Source of the DNA: Phyllobates terribilis
Lineage: Eukaryota
Assembly (NCBI RefSeq): GCF_046119375.1
Contig: NW_027362772.1
Coordinates: 75,206,001 to 75,270,000, forward strand
DNA: 64,000 bases
Reading direction: 5' to 3'
Below are positions 63,178 to 64,000 of the stretch, piece by piece (position 1 is the first letter of the stretch; each line of letters starts with the position of its first letter). Under the pieces are notes generated by a model. That model was not told the DNA's origin and did no database searches. It saw only the letters and a list, made by a program, of their open reading frames with translations. The position numbers and the translations under genes were made by a program.

Positions 63178-63599
63178 TGTTATGTTCTGCTACCAGAGCT
63201 AAGGAAAGAGAGGAGATCTGTCCCTACGATAGAACTCAGCTTAATCCCTACGATGTAACAGGGAACCTGATCCTGCGATCAGACCTGCTAAAGTCCTAAG
63301 CTAGTCTGTACGGAGACCTATAGATGTGGGGAAGGAATCCCTACAAGTACTAAGGACTGGGAGGAATATGGGACACCTCCTAACAGAAATAGTAGCAGAC
63401 AGACGAACAAACAAAATATATAGAACATAGAGGTCAGTAGACCAAGCAAACTAACAGAGCAAGACACAGAGCACAGGCAAGCTAGAAAGTAGATATACAA
63501 TGAAGTCCAGCAAAGCCAGAAGGGCGGAGCAGGATTAAATAGGCCAACAAGGTCATGTGACCAGCAAAGGAAAAAAAACCTAAGAGCAAGGTTCTAACA
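63178..63599 (-). mobile_element. 3' LTR (422 bp) of a chromoviral Ty3/Gypsy retrotransposon, preceded by its PPT
   Basis: TGTTA...TAACA termini. Polypurine tract AGAAGGGGGGGTAC (minus strand, 63600-63613) abuts the LTR directly after the pol stop codon. Confidence 0.9.
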
Positions 63600-63611
63600 G
63601 TACCCCCCCTT

Positions 63612-64000
63612 CTAAGAGGATCCTCCGGATCCCCTAGGACCAGGCTTATCAGGAAATCTCCTGTGAAACGCTCTGATAAGTCTGGACGCGGAAACATCAT
63701 CCGACCTCACCCAAGAGTTATCCTCAGGACCGAAACCTTTCCAGGCCACAAGATACTGCAAACTACCTCTATACCGTCTAGAGTTAAGGATGCGAGAAAT
63801 TTCATATTCCCCGTCCTCCACCACCGGAGGAACAGAGGCAGAGGCGTCACAATCCGATACAACAGCTTTTTTCAACAGAGAGACATGAAATACCGGATTA
63901 ATTCTCCAGGAGGTAGGAACCTCCAACCTAACAGCAGATTGGTTGACAACCTGAAGCACCTTAAAGGGCCCTACAAACTTGGGACCCAATTTCTTTGAAG
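63612..64000 (-). CDS. C-terminus of Gypsy pol: integrase GPY/F region plus chromodomain (partial, continues beyond the window)
   Basis: KKLGPKFVGPFKV...WRINPVFHVSLLK (GPY/F). EYEISRILNSRRYRGSLQYLVAWKGFGPEDNSWV (chromodomain). Confidence 0.93.
   Translation of the reverse strand, partial: SKKLGPKFVGPFKVLQVVNQSAVRLEVPTSWRINPVFHVSLLKKAVVSDCDASASVPPVVEDGEYEISRILNSRRYRGSLQYLVAWKGFGPEDNSWVRSDDVSASRLIRAFHRRFPDKPGPRGSGGSS

Overview
Vertebrate genomic DNA, most likely from an anuran amphibian (inferred from the amphibian-type 18S V4 fragment, V-SINE, TTAA-MITEs and Frog-Prince/Sleeping-Beauty-like Tc1 elements). I recognise no host protein-coding gene; the window is transposon-dense intergenic or intronic sequence. 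The first 17.9 kb is a multi-level nest. A large hAT element (A, left end outside the window) has long tandem arrays in its 3' region and a dead transposase. That transposase is split by a second 9.7-kb hAT element (B, perfect 8-bp TSD CTCAGGAC) carrying an intact 1226-aa BED/DDE transposase ORF. B also carries a degenerate 18S rRNA fragment, an L1 RT fragment split by a solo LTR, and a second transposase fragment split by a DD37E Tc1. The rest contains four further Tc1 copies, several solo LTRs (most with TSDs), the 3' end of a chromodomain Gypsy, an L2, a V-SINE, hAT and TTAA MITEs, a Penelope-type inverted repeat with two hammerhead cores, and several minisatellites. Best leads: rRNA and retroelement cargo in a putatively autonomous hAT; a tRNA-Ser-complementary (PBS-like) motif conserved about 150 nt inside three diverged LTRs; and the inverted hammerhead pair. 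All coordinates were read by eye and no database searches were run.
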